In this document: positions 25,527-38,743 of the stretch, one piece after another
How positions within the stretch are numbered: position 1 is the stretch's first letter
Layout of the letters: the number at the start of each line of letters is the position of its first letter
Source of the DNA: Eledone cirrhosa
Taxonomy: Eukaryota
Direction of reading: 5' to 3'
DNA: 64,000 nucleotides
NCBI GenBank assembly: GCA_964016885.1
Contig: OZ024757.1
Coordinates: 15,500,001-15,564,000, forward strand
Notes under the pieces: model-generated
The model's input: the letters and a program-made list of their open reading frames with translations, nothing else
Database searches by the model: none
Told to the model about the DNA's origin: nothing
Position numbers and translations under genes: made by a program

Positions 25527-28225
25527 GTGCCAGTTGTACTGTTATACTACACTACCACCACTACCACTACACCACCACTGCTACCACACCACTGCTACCA
25601 CCACTACACCACGGTGCCAGTTGTACTGTTATACTACACTACACCACCACCACCACGGTGCCAGTTGTACTGTTATAATACACTACACCACTACCACTAC
25701 ACCACTACACCACCACTACTACACCACTACCACACCACCACGGTGCCAGTTGTACTGTTATACTACACTACACCACTACCACTACACCACTACCACTACA
25801 CCACCACCACTACCACAGTGCCAGTTGTACTGTTATACTACACTACACCACTACCACTACACCACTACACCACCACTACTACTCCACTACCACACCACCA
25901 CCACAGTGCCAGTTGTACTGTTATACTACACTACACCACTACCACTACACCACTAAACCACCACCACTACACCACCACCACCACATCAGTGCCAGTTGTA
26001 CTGTTATACTACACTCCACCACTAAACCACCACCACTACACCACCACCACCACATCAGTGCCAGTTGTACTGTTATACTACACTCCACCACTACCACTAC
26101 ACCACTACCACACCACCACCACTACACCACCACCACCACAGTGCTAGTTGTACTGTTATACTACACTACACCACTACACCACCACCACACCACTACACCA
26201 CCACCACTGTGCCAGTTGTACTGTTATACTACACTACACCACTACCACTACACCACTACACCACCACCACCACAGTGCCAGTTGTACTGTTATACTACAC
26301 TACACCACTACCACTACACCACTACACCACCACTACTACACCACTACCACACCACCACCACGGTGCCAGTTGTACTGTTATACTACACTACACCACTACC
26401 ACTACACCACCACCACTACCACACCACCACCACTACACCACCACCACCACAGTGCCAGTTGTACTGTTATAATACACTACACCATTACCACTACACCACT
26501 ACACCACCCACCACTACTACACCACTACCACACCACCACCACCACCACCACGGTGCCAGTTGTACTGTTATACTACACTACACCACTACCACTACACCAC
26601 CACTACTACACCACCACCACCACAGTGCCAGTTGTACTGTTATACTACACTCCACCACTACACCACCACCACCACATCAGTGCCAGTTGTACTGTTATAC
26701 TACACTCCACCACTACCACTACACCACTACCACACCACCACCACTACACCACCACCACGGTGCCAGTTGTACTGTTATACTACACTACACCACTACACCA
26801 CCACCACACCACTACACCACCACCACAGTGCCAGTTGTACTGTTATACTACACTACACCACTACCACACCACCACCACTACACCACCACCACCACAGTGC
26901 CAGTTGTACTGTTATACTACACTACACCACTACCACACCACCACCACTACACCACCACCACCACAGTGCTAGTTGTACTGTTATACTACACTACACCACT
27001 ACACCACCACCACACCACTACACCACCACCACCGTGCCAGTTGTACTGTTATACTACACTACACCACTACCACTACACCACTACACCACCACCACCACAG
27101 TGCCAGTTGTACTGTTATACTACACTACACCACTACCACTACACCACTACACCACCACTACTACACTACTACCACACCACCACCACCACCACGGTGCCAG
27201 TTGTACTGTTATACTACACTACACCACTACCACTACACCACCACCACTACCACACCACCACCACTACACCACCACCACCACAGTGCCAGTTGTACTGTTA
27301 TAATACACTACACCATTACCACTACACCACTACACCACCCACCACTACTACACCACTACCACACCACCACCACCACCACGGTGCCAGTTGTACTGTTATA
27401 CTACACTACACCACTACCACTACACCACCACCACTACCACACCACCACCACTACACCACCACCACCACAGTGCCAGTTGTACTGTTATAATACACTACAC
27501 CATTACCACTACACCACTACACCACCCACCACTACTACACCACTACCATACCACCACCACGGTGCCAGTTGTACTGTTATACTACACCACTACACCACTA
27601 CCACTACACCACCACTACTACACCACCACCACAGTGCCAGTTGTACTGTTATACTACACTCCACCACTACACCACCACCACCACATCAGTGCCAGTTGTA
27701 CTGTTATACTACACTCCACCACTACCACTACACCACTACCACACCACCACCACTACACCACCACCACGGTGCCAGTTGTACTGTTATACTACACTACACC
27801 ACTACACCACCACCACACCACTACACCACCACCACAGTGCCAGTTGTACTGTTATACTACACTACACCACTACCACACCACCACCACTACACCACCACCA
27901 CCACAGTGCCAGTTGTACTGTTATACTACACTACACCACTACCACTACACCACCACCACACCACCACCACTACCACACCACCACCACTACACCACCACCG
28001 CAGTGCTAGTTGTACTGTTATACTACACTACACCACTACCACTACACCACCACCACACCACCACCACTACCACACCACCACCACACCACCACCACCACAG
28101 TGCCAGTTGTACTGTTATACTACACTACACCACTACCACTACACCACCACTACACCACCACCACACCACCACCACTACCACACCACCACCACTACACCAC
28201 CACCACCGCAGTGCTAGTTGTACTG
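25527..28225. repeat. Anchored minisatellite: conserved GTGCCAGTTGTACTGTTATACTACAC separated by variable (CAC/TAC) spacers
   Basis: Roughly 40 anchors with spacers of variable length and recurring higher-order variants. Confidence 0.9.
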
Positions 28226-28319
28226 GTGGACTGGTAAAAGGTTTTATGTAAAGTACTTCATACATATTTAACTGTATTGAACAATGTATATAGTTTAATG
28301 GTCTACTTCTATTGATTGG

Positions 28320-28576
28320 TTAGTAGTAGTGGTAGTGGTAGTAGTAGTGGTGGTGGTGGTGGTAGTGATATTTGAAGTAGTAGTTGTGATAGTAATGTGC
28401 CATGGAGGTAGTAGTAGTAGTGACAGTAGTAGCAGCATTAATAGTAGTAGTAATGTAGTGTGGCAGTAGTAGTAGTCGTAGTAGTAGTAGTAATAGTAAT
28501 AGTAATATAGTGTAGAAGTTGTAGTAGTAGTAATAGCAGTAGTAGTAGTAGTAGTAGTAGTAATAGCAGCAGCAGC

Positions 28577-28607
<31 letters not shown>

Positions 28608-28815
28608 AAAGCAGTAGTAGTAATAGTAGTAGTAGTAGTAGTAGTAGTAATTGTAATGTAGTGTGAGAGTAATAGTAGTAGTAGTGGTAGTAGTAGTAGT
28701 TGTAGTGCTGGTGGTGGTGACAGCAGCAGCAGTAGAAGCAGTAATAGTATAGTAATAATAGTAGTAGTAGAAACAGCAGGAGTAATAGTAGTAGGAGTAG
28801 TAGCAGTAGTAGTCG
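28320..28815. repeat. (AGT)n/(GGT)n/(AGC)n trinucleotide tract
   Basis: Direct inspection. Similar tract at 47490-48090. Confidence 0.9.
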
Positions 28816-28975
28816 TTAATTATTGAAAAATAAGAAAATAAAAAAAACAATATAACTACAGTAAAATTGATTCAATTTTAATTATTTTGATGAAATAAAT
28901 TAGTTTTAACAACTTTAATAGAAACCTGCCTTAAACTGTGCCCAGCTCTATCATACAAATACAAAGCTGTTCATA

Positions 28976-29552
28976 TTAACCCTTTAGCATTTAAAGCTGC
29001 CATATCCAGCCAGAATTCTCTCACCTCTTTCTGTTCAAACTGGCTGTAACCAGCCACTCATACTTATGTTAAGGTATTGTTCTCAAAATAAATAATACCA
29101 AAATCTCATAGATTCTATATTATGTGAGATAAAGTCTTTACCACAAAAATACAATAGTAAATATAGAGTAATGTAAATGCTAAATGGTTAATACTCATCA
29201 CCAAATGTGATACAAGATTCATATACATTGACATGCGGCCCAGGGGTTGAGGCGTTAGACTTATCATAATAGTGTTGTGGCTCAATTATTGGAGATCCTA
29301 TCATTAACCCTTTAGCATCTATATTACTCTATATATTACTCAAAATTTCATAGATTCAATATCATGAGAGCTAAAGCCTTTATCATGAAAATACATAAGC
29401 ATATATAGAGTAATTGTTTCTTCTTTTGGCACAAGGCCAGCAATTATCCCAGTGCATGATTGGTACTTTATTTTATCAACCCGATAAGGATGAAAGGCAA
29501 AGTTTACCTCGGTGGGATTTGAACTAGAGTAATGTAAATGCTAAAGGGTTAA
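28976..29552. mobile_element. Composite of two piggyBac-type MITE units around a ~112-bp spacer, with a SINE fragment inserted in the right unit
   Basis: Units are bounded by TTAA-CCCTTTAGCAT and GCTAAA(G/T)GG-TTAA. The SINE at ~29415-29524 is flanked by a TAGAGTAAT duplication. 28976-29335 matches 61975-62323 in reverse. Confidence 0.75.
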
Positions 29553-29755
29553 AATGTTTATTTTTCCCTAAAATACTGAATCTTGATTGGTCAAAATACT
29601 ATTAATATACAATAGGTTCACATCTTACACAGTCAATTGTTTCCCAAACCCCCGCATTTTTCATAATTATCTAAAAACCTCCATCATAATTTCATGTAAG
29701 ATCTCGTGTTAAGTTATGTTCCAAACATCAGCTTAACCTTTTTGTTACTCTATAT

Positions 29756-31702
29756 CAGGGGTCGGTAACCCCCCAGCCCGCTGTCCACATCAGGCCCACC
29801 AACATGTTTCAATCTTAGGCTAAGCGATCCCTGAAAAAGTGCTCTGAATTATTTTGGATTAGAATACCGACTAGAGAACATGTTTAGCCACAAGACTCAC
29901 TTGGCTGAACTCAGACATCGAAATATACCAAAGATCATTTAATGACAAGGCTGCGTCATGACTATCTGGACAATGTTCTACTCCTGTCCTCAACAAATAT
30001 TTCGCCTGATGTAGAGAAGCTATCCAACGACAGGCAAAAACAAGTATCTCATTAAACAATTTACCATTTCTGCCTGTATTTCATTTGTAGTAAGGAATGT
30101 CATTAAAATAATATCACATAAAATTCATTGTTCTTCTTTAAATCCTGGGATTAAGGTAGCCTTCTGGACAGAGCAATCTAAAGCCGAGCAAATTTATTAC
30201 ATTTTGATATCATGGCCTGCCAACGAGACACTGCATGGCTAAGTGGCCCACCAGCGAGACACTGTATAAATATGTGGTCCACAGATGAGACACTGCATGG
30301 CTAAGTGGCCCACCAACGAGACACTGCATGGCTAAGTGGCCCACCAATGAGACACTGCATAGCAATGTGGTCCACAGATGAGACACTGCATAGCAATGTG
30401 GCCCACAGATGAGACACTGCATAACTATGTGGCCCACAGATGAGACACTGCATAACTATGTGGTCCACAGATGAGACACTGCATAGCTAAGTGGTCCACA
30501 GATGAGACACTGCATAGCTATGTGGTCCACAGATGAGACACTGCATAGCAATGTGGCCCACAGATGAGACACTGCATAACTATGTGGTCCACAGATGAGA
30601 CACTGCTAAGCTATGTGGCCCACAGATGAAACACTGCATAGCTAAGTGGTCCACAGATGAGACACTGCATAGCAATGTGGTCCACAGATGAGACACTGCA
30701 TAGCAATGTGGTCCACAGATGAGACACTGCATAACTATGTGGCCCACAGATGAGACACTGCATAGATATGTGGTCCACAGATGAGACACTGCATAGCAAT
30801 GTGGCCCACAGATGAGACACTGCATAACTATGTGGCCCACAAATGAGACACTGCATAACTATGTGGCCCACAGATGAGACACTGCATAACTATGTGGTCC
30901 ACAGTTGAGACACTGCTAAGCTATGTGGCCCACAGATGAAACACTGCATAGCTAAGTGGTCCACAGATGAGACACTGCATAGCAATGTGGCCCACAGATG
31001 AGACACTGCATAGCAATGCGGCCCAAACATGAGACACTGCATAACTATGTGGTCCACAGATGAGACACTGCTAAGCTATGTGGCCCACAGATGAAACACT
31101 GCATAGCTATGTGGTCCACAGATGAGACACTGCATAGCTAAGTGGTCCACAGATGAGACACTGCATAGCAATGTGGCCCACAGATGAAACACTGCATAGC
31201 TATGTGGCCCACAGATGAGACACTGCTAAGCTATGTGGCCCACAGAAGAAACACTGCATAGCTATGTGGTCCACAGATGAGACACTGCATAGCAATGTGG
31301 CCCACAGATGAGACACTGCTAAGCTATGTGGCCCACAGATGAGACACTGCTAAGCTATGTGGCCCACAGATGAGACACTGCATAGCAATGTGGCCCACAG
31401 ATGAGACACTGCTAAGCTATGTGGCCCACAGATGAGACACTGCATAGCAATGTGGCCCACAGATGAGACACTGCTAAGCTATGTGGCCCACAGATGAAAC
31501 ACTGCATAGCTATGTGGTCCACAGATGAGACACTGCATAGCAATGTGGCCCACAGATGAGACACTGCTAAGCTATGTGGCCCACAGATGAGACACTGCTA
31601 AGCTATGTGGCCCACAGATGAGACACTGCATAGCAATGTGGCCCACAGATGAAACACTGCATAGCTATGTGGCCTGCACACCCCAAAAGATTGCTGACCC
31701 TG
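29756..31702 (+). mobile_element. Internally deleted hAT (Charlie/GTF2IRD2-like) DNA transposon containing a satellite array
   Basis: Left end CAGGGGTCGGTAACC, right end GATTGCTGACCCTG. 29921-30055 encodes KYTKDHLMTRLRHDYLDNVLLLSSTNISPDVEKLSNDRQKQVSH*. Flanks CTCTATAT/CTCTTTAA. Confidence 0.75.
30211..31675. repeat. 31-bp tandem satellite GAGACACTGCATAGCAATGTGGCCCACAGAT (30-bp variants)
   Basis: About 47 highly similar tandem units. Confidence 0.95.
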
Positions 31703-33819
31703 CTCTTTAACAAATGTAAAGTTGCATGGCTTAATGGTAAGAGCATTAGGCTTAGAATTGTTAGGTTGTGAGTTTGATTTCTGGATTGGGCTGTGTGTTG
31801 TGTTCTTGAGCAAGACACTTTATTTCATGTTCCTCCAGTTTACTCAGCTGTAGAAATGAGTTGTGACATAACTGGTGTCAAGTTGTATCAGCATTTGCTT
31901 TACCCTTGCATAACATTGGTGACATGGAGAGGGAGATTTTGTATGCATGAGTGACTTCTCATCTTCTACAAAAAGCCTTGCCCAGACTTTGTGTCTCAAA
32001 GGGGAAGTTCTAGATGCAAATCCCATGATCATTTGTGACTGAAAGGAGTCTATACTTCTAACTAATGAAAGACACTACCTATGATTTTCAAATGATTTTG
32101 AAAATAAGAAGATATCTAAGAATAGAACCGATTTTCTCATTATTAAGCTGGTGTTGGAAGCATAACTTAACCCTTTAGCATTTACATTACACATTATATA
32201 TACTCTATACATTACTCTATATATACTATTATATTTTCATGGTGAAGGCTTTACCTCACATAATTATCTCACATAATATTGAATCTATGAGATTTTGAAA
32301 GTATTTATTTTGAGAACAATACCTTAACATCAGTTTGCGCGACAGGTTACAGCCAGTTGCAACAGAAAAAGGAAGAGAATTCTGGCTGGTTTTGGCCGGT
32401 TTGAACATTAAAGGGTTAAAGGTTCTATTAAAAAAATTATGATGGAAGGCACAGAAGTTGGCATCAGAAGCGCATTCAGCCATAGAAACCAATCCCCAAA
32501 TAGTATATGTTAGACCTGTCTAATCCATGCAACCATGAAAACAGACATTAAATAGTGATGATAATTCCGCTGATGACCATAATGGTATAAACACTTTGAA
32601 ACAGTTTTCTATCAAAGAAGCAGTGGCTGTTTTAGGTACTTTGGTATCAAAAAGGTTCAAATAATCAAGAGTGCTATGGGGTTTGGTATCAAAAGGGTTA
32701 AGCAGGGTTGATGTGATTTATTGTTATATTTTACATCTATGTAGGTTTAGCAGGCTTTCAATGAAGTTGCATCTTACAGGAAGTTTCTAGAGTGTTTTAA
32801 CACTTTTCAATACAAAACTGCTTCAAATTACCTGTTTCTACATGTTGACAGTTGATTGACTTTCGTCAAATCGAACCGAGGAAACAATGTTTCGTTGGTC
32901 TTTCCAATTGCTAGTACTATCTATCGGTCACAACTCCAGGTAGAAGGAGCAACGTGAAGTAAAGTGTCTTGCTCAAGGACATAACGCATCGCCCAGTCTG
33001 GGAATCAAACTCACAACCTCAAGATTGTGAATCCAATTCTCTAACCACTCAGCCACGTGCCTTCCACATGTATGATGCAAAATTGTTTATTATAAAGTGT
33101 CTATATTTATCTAAAAGCCTTCCTTGATAATTCTTTTTTGTAAGAGCCTTTGTTAAGTTATGTTCCAAACACTAACTTAATAATGACAAAGTTATTTTAC
33201 TAAATCCCTCCAAATTCTTGATTATTTAAAAAAATAATTGAAATGTTTATAGTGTCTTTATTTGTGTACAGATTACTGTGAAAATCTGTAGTATTAGAGT
33301 AAATCTTTAATATTTAATGTGATGCAGTCATAGTGGTGTTTTCTACTTTTCAAGAATGTCTTGCTAATGTGGTTTCATGTGGTTTGTTAATTGAAATGAT
33401 TGTAAGTGGACAGATCTTTGTAAAAATTTGCTAGATTACGGAAAAGATTTAAATTTTTAATGTAAAGTAGTCATAATGTTAATGCTGTTTTATGCGGTCC
33501 AGGATGTTAAGAATTACTGTAAACAACGATAATCGGATAATGTCACTTAATCAATAAATAAAAAAAATCTAGGACAGAAACCCACTAGAAACGAGAGTTA
33601 AGTTTCTATACAGGAGATAGCTTGTCACAGCAACCTGTCAGTTTACTTGGCAGCATTCTAGAGCAGGGTTTCTGAACTGAGAGGGGTGGGGGATATAAAC
33701 TTTATCAATAGTATCATTTTCTACAAATAAATATAAGCTTTTATGGTGGTATTAGTCATTAGACCAAGTTGGGGTTACATTGATAACAGATTTTAGTCTA
33801 TCATATCAACCTGCAATAT

Positions 33820-34385
33820 ATAATCATCATCATTTCTCAGCTAGCAAGGGTTAGACAGGTCTACAAAGGCCAAGTCAGTACTGAAGCGAGGCTACTGACC
33901 TCCCAGACAATTCAGGGATCTGTTATCGCGCTTATGTATGATCTAACGTTATACTGAGTGCACAGGAGAGGTTGTCATATCTTTGACATAACAGCAGAGT
34001 CCTCCCAACACTTTGTTTGGCAAGCTTTCTACAGCTGGACACCCTTCCGAACAACAAATGTGTTTATTGTGTAGATCACCAATACTAAAGAGGCCATATG
34101 TCTTTGACACAACTGAAAGGTCCTCCCAAACCCTTAGTTTGGCAAGCTTCCTACAGCTGGACACTCTTCTTAACACCAGTCACTTTACAGCATGGACTGG
34201 TGCATTTATCGTGTAGATCATCAGCACTAGAGAGGCTGTCCTGTCCTTGACAACACTGAAAGGTTGTCTCAACCCTCTGTTTTGCAAGATTTCTTTGGTT
34301 GGATGCCCTTCCTATCAACAACCACTTTATAGAGTGTACTGGGTGTGTTTATCGGGTACATCACCAACACTAGGGAAGTGCCATA
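33820..34385 (-). mobile_element. Old RTE-tailed element with tandem ~140-bp V-like units
   Basis: GTAGATCAxCAxxACTA recurs at ~34071, 34213 and 34356, each with TTCTACAGCTGGACACCCTTCC-like sequence. Confidence 0.6.
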
Positions 34386-34709
34386 CTATATGTTCATGAA
34401 CAAATATAGATAAATATATAATAAATCAGATCCTACACTAGATTGAGCACTGTGTTCCATCTTCCTTTTTCATATCGACTGATATTTTTACTACACACAC
34501 GTACACACACACACACACATATATATATATGTTAAAACAATGAAATAAAAATCATGTCATTAGAAATAAACTTCACTGCTTTACGAGCGTTTCTAGGTGA
34601 TGATAATACATCGTAACTATACCTCGTTATCCATCTATGTAAGGTTAGTTACAAAATATCAAATAAGGAGAATATTTACTTACATGCATATCACCAGCTG
34701 TTGTCAAAA

Positions 34710-34773
<64 letters not shown>

Positions 34774-34893
34774 AGAAAAAATGAAACAAAATTTCATTTC
34801 CCACTCTTAGTATGGCTGTTACATACTTATATATATATATATATATATATATACGATATTAACAAATGGAAACTATATTTATAAAACCATATT

Positions 34894-34958
34894 TATTTCA
34901 TTATACATATTTCAAGGACACCAAGTTAAATTATGGTGTGCTTTCATCAGATAAAATA
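34894..34958 (-). ncRNA. Type I hammerhead motif (family H3a, copy 2)
   Basis: TATTTTAT-CTGATGA-AAG-C-ACACCA(TAATTTAACT)TGGTGT-C-CTT-GAAA-TATGTA-TA-ATGAAATA; covaries with 22939-22999. Confidence 0.7.
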
Positions 34959-35038
34959 TAATATAGATCAGTTTTATAAATAAATATTGACATACCCTTA
35001 AAGAATGCAACCATTGCTGTTGGAAGCTCCCGGATCTA

Positions 35039-35073
<35 letters not shown>

Positions 35074-35209
35074 TGAAGTTTCCGTTGAAAACAGAAAAAG
35101 TCATAGGAGTGAAGAGTGCTCTATGTAAGTACCAGAGCAAAATTTAATGTATTGTTGTTTTTTTTTTTATACATTAAAAAAAAAAATATATATATAGAGA
35201 GAGAGAGAG

Positions 35210-35426
35210 AGGAATAATCCACTATTATTTTGGGTAAGTTGTGTTAACCTCAATGTATTATTAGAGTTGACAGAATGCAGGGATCGAAAGCCCAATCAAA
35301 GGTGTACTCCAATGGGTTAGGCACCATGGGTGGAGACAGTGACAGCCACAGAGCATAAATACTTAATACAAAATGAAACTCAAGGTTGTTATTCAAAAAC
35401 CTTGGTTTTCATTTTGTATTAAGTAT
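35210..35426 (-). mobile_element. Diverged F2-like snap-back element
   Basis: Terminal hairpin at 35359-35426 (ATACTTAATACAAAATGAAA...TTTCATTTTGTATTAAGTAT) preceded by AGAGCATAA, as at 21368. Confidence 0.55.
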
Positions 35427-35445
35427 ATAAATAAATATATATATT

Positions 35446-36127
35446 GACAATGTCACTGGACCGAGACCTTTGGCGGTACTCAGTAATAGAGAAGACCCGC
35501 CTTACCTAAATACAAAGTAAAACCTACTACAGTCAGTAGGCATCTCTAACAAAATACACCCCCGTCCCACCACCCCCACCCCATCCACACCGCCCCCTTC
35601 TATGTAAAGTTATGTTGGTGCCACACCATCCAGGCCGAAACAAATGAGATCGTGTAGGTGTCACGACAAAAAAACACACAGTCCACGCTGTAATGTGGCC
35701 GTGTAGGCAACACGGTAAAAACCTCCCAGACCCACACTGTAAATGTGGTTGGTGTTAGGAAGGGTATCCAGCTGTAGAAAACCTGCCAGACAGTCCACGC
35801 TGTAATGTGGCCGTGTAGGCAACACGGTAAAAACCTCCCAGCCCCACACTGTAAATGTGGTTGGTGTTAGGAAGGGCATCCAGCTGTAGAAAACCCGCCA
35901 GACAGTCCACGCTGTAATGTGGCCGTGTAGGCAACACGGTAAAAACCTCCCAGACCCACACTGTAAATGTGGTTGGTGTTAGGAAGGGCATCCAGCTGTA
36001 GAAAACCCGCCAGACAGTCCTATGCGAGCAAGACAATCACTCTTGCCTCAAGTGGGAAAACCCCCGTCCAAACCCATGCAAGCGTGGAACACGGACGTTA
36101 AACGTTGTTGATGATGATGATGATGAT
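35446..36127 (+). mobile_element. RTE subfamily A 3' end with a triplicated 112-bp V-like UTR module
   Basis: Encodes TMSLDRDLWRYSVIEKTRLT*; units start at ~35678, 35790 and 35902. Confidence 0.85.
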
Positions 36128-36508
36128 TGTCATTACAACAGCAGAGGTCCAACGAGCTTTTGATTCCAGAGTCAGGCCAGATCGATATAGATCGAACCTT
36201 AAGCTGATCAATAGCGAAACACGCGTCCCCAATCAATAAATGTAATGAAGGCTTAACAAATCATCCTTGTATTATTATTATATATATATATAATCGAAAA
36301 AAGAAAATTAAGTGTGTATGTATATATATATAAATACGATATAAAACATACGATATATATATATATTAAACATACAATATATATATACACATATATTATG
36401 AATACATATATCATCATTTTACATCGGCTTTTCCCTGCTTGCAAGGCTGGGAATATACAAGTGTCTATATATTTATATAAATATATACACATATATATTA
36501 TAAATATT

Positions 36509-36551
<43 letters not shown>

Positions 36552-36562
36552 ATATATACATA

Positions 36563-37425
36563 TGAGGTGTGTCAGAAAAGTTCCAGGACCGATGTCACAA
36601 AAGATTTATTTCAAACCCAAACTTCACACTAAGAGTTTTCTCCTTTAAAGTAATCCCCCTGGAGAATGTAACTGTAATCGTAGCTCTCTGCAGCCATCAA
36701 ACTTTTTTCTTCATAATTTTATATACATGTCCTCTGTTTCAGGTCGTCAAGCAATGAGCACAGAACAACGAACAAACTTGAAAACTCCGTCAGAAGCACT
36801 GGGATTGCTGCAGCAAGTGTATGGAGATGAGACGTTGTCACGCTCACGTGTTTCTGAGTGGTGCAAGAGGTTTAAAAAGGACGCGAGGACGTGGAAGATG
36901 ACCCCAGGAGCGGAAGGCCCTCAACAACCAGGACTGAGGTCAACGTCGAGCGCGACAGGCAGATGGTGCGTAGCGATTGTCGGCTGACTGTTCGACTGAT
37001 GGAAAATGAGCTGGGCATGAATCGGGACAGCGTCTGGAAGATTCTCACTGAAGATTTGGACATGTGGAAAGTCTGCGCGAAGATGGTGCCAAAACGGCTG
37101 AGCGATGACCAGAAGGGTCGACGCATGCAAGTGTGCCAGGACATCCTCGAGCGTCTTGAAATCGAACCAGACTTGGTAGGGACAGTCATCACCGATGAGT
37201 CATGGATCTTCGAGTACGACGTGGACGACATCAAAAAGGCTGCAACGACGGAACTGCGGAGGATCCCAGAGGATTCAGGAGTGCATGCAAGCGTGGCAGA
37301 AAAGGATGGAAAAGTGCATTAGACTCCAGGGGGATTAATTTGAAGGAGAAAACCCTTAGTGTGAAGTTTGGGCTTGAAATAAATCTTTTGTGACATCAGT
37401 CCTGGAACTTTTCTGACCCACCTCG
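36563..37425 (+). mobile_element. Mariner-family transposon, internally deleted and frameshifted
   Basis: ~100-bp inverted ends (TGAGGTGTGTCAGAAAAGTTCCAGGAC... / ...GTCCTGGAACTTTTCTGACCCACCTCG) with TA/CA flanks. Encodes the HTH LQQVYGDETLSRSRVSEWCKRFK, EDDPRSGRPST, KVCAKMVPKRL and ITDESWIFEY; most of the DD34D domain is deleted. Confidence 0.92.
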
Positions 37426-38229
37426 CATATATACATACACACATAAATACATAATTTTCTTTTTTCAATTCCTGTCTGGTGGTTATTTTATGTACAATTT
37501 ATCAGACACAAACATATAGTAAACACATATACTCAAAGTGCTCAGACACACTTGAACATACATGCACAAACACATACACACACACACAAACAAACACACA
37601 CACCAACAACATCAAATAGTATTTGTCAATCTCTCCTCCACCATCACCACACATACATCAAACAGCCTTGTTCAATCTTGCACACACAACCACACACACA
37701 CACACACACACAACCACAATCACACACAGATATTCATGAATCATGAAATGAAAAACAGCAAAGTTGACCTCGACAGGATTTGAACTCAGAATGTAGAAAG
37801 TCATAACTAAATACTGCAAAGCATTTTGTCCGACGCTCTACAGATTCTGCCAATCCACTGGCACCTTCAATATATAAATAAATAAATATTACTTATCTTG
37901 AAGACTTCAAGGAAGGTAATCCAAAAGTGAAAGGTGGAGCTGATGGCACTGTAAGACACTTCCATGAACGTAATCCAAAGGGACACAACCCAACATGTGC
38001 CTCTTTATGCCCATATAAGGACATAAGGTAGTGGCTATGGTATTTAATGTATTTACTAGCAGCTGGAGGAGCTGGAGAATTTAATCCAAGACATTGCAGT
38101 TTTTGCAACCACACACGGGAATATTGACAAAATTATACACACAAACACACTCATTATATATATAGACATATATATTAATTCGATTAAAACAAGAAAAGGC
38201 CAGACTGGTGATATTTGTGTGTGTGCGTG

Positions 38230-38309
<80 letters not shown>

Positions 38310-38418
38310 CACGCACACATATATATAAACATGTAAAAAGTAAACAGAAATAACAAAGAAACAATACAGTACAATGGAAAAATATATTAGTTTAGAGCTT
38401 GAAATATTAGAAAAAGAG

Positions 38419-38454
38419 TCTTAATGTTTTGAGCACTAGTCCTTCATCAGGAGA
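38419..38454 (-). ncRNA. Degenerate H2 hammerhead copy
   Basis: TCTC-CTGATGAAGGACTAGTGCTCAAAACATTAAGA; flanks homologous to 7590-7740. Confidence 0.45.
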
Positions 38455-38583
38455 TAGAATGAGAAATAAAAGATGAAATAGATGTGTATATACGTAGATA
38501 CATATATATGTGTGTGTGTGTGTGTGTATATATGTGTGTGTGTGTATATATATGTATGTGTCTGTGTGTATATATATATATAT

Positions 38584-38731
38584 AACGAAGGAGGTGTGGT
38601 AAGGAACCAGATGGACCATAACCCACCAGAGTACTCAATACTTAGAGTAGTAGAGTGGGCAATAGCAAAATGTTTAACCCTGACGGCAGAGCTCAAGCCG
38701 TTTCTGCCGTCGGGGTTAAACATTTTGCTAT
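38584..38731 (-). mobile_element. Snap-back element family F1
   Basis: Body GAGTACTCAATACTTAGAGTAGTAGAGTGGG; 29-bp arms at 38662-38690 and 38703-38731. Confidence 0.8.
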
Positions 38732-38743
38732 ATATAAATATAT

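Noticed and set aside
25527-28225. CRISPR array
   Set aside because: The spacers are low-complexity, related to each other and variable in length; there are no cas genes; the context is eukaryotic.
32565-32610. Hammerhead at CTGATGACCAT...GAAACAG
   Set aside because: Stem II does not close next to GAAA, and there is no stem I or III.
37895-38130. Possible exon (LEDFKEGNPKVKGGADG...)
   Set aside because: No convincing splice sites or recognisable homology.
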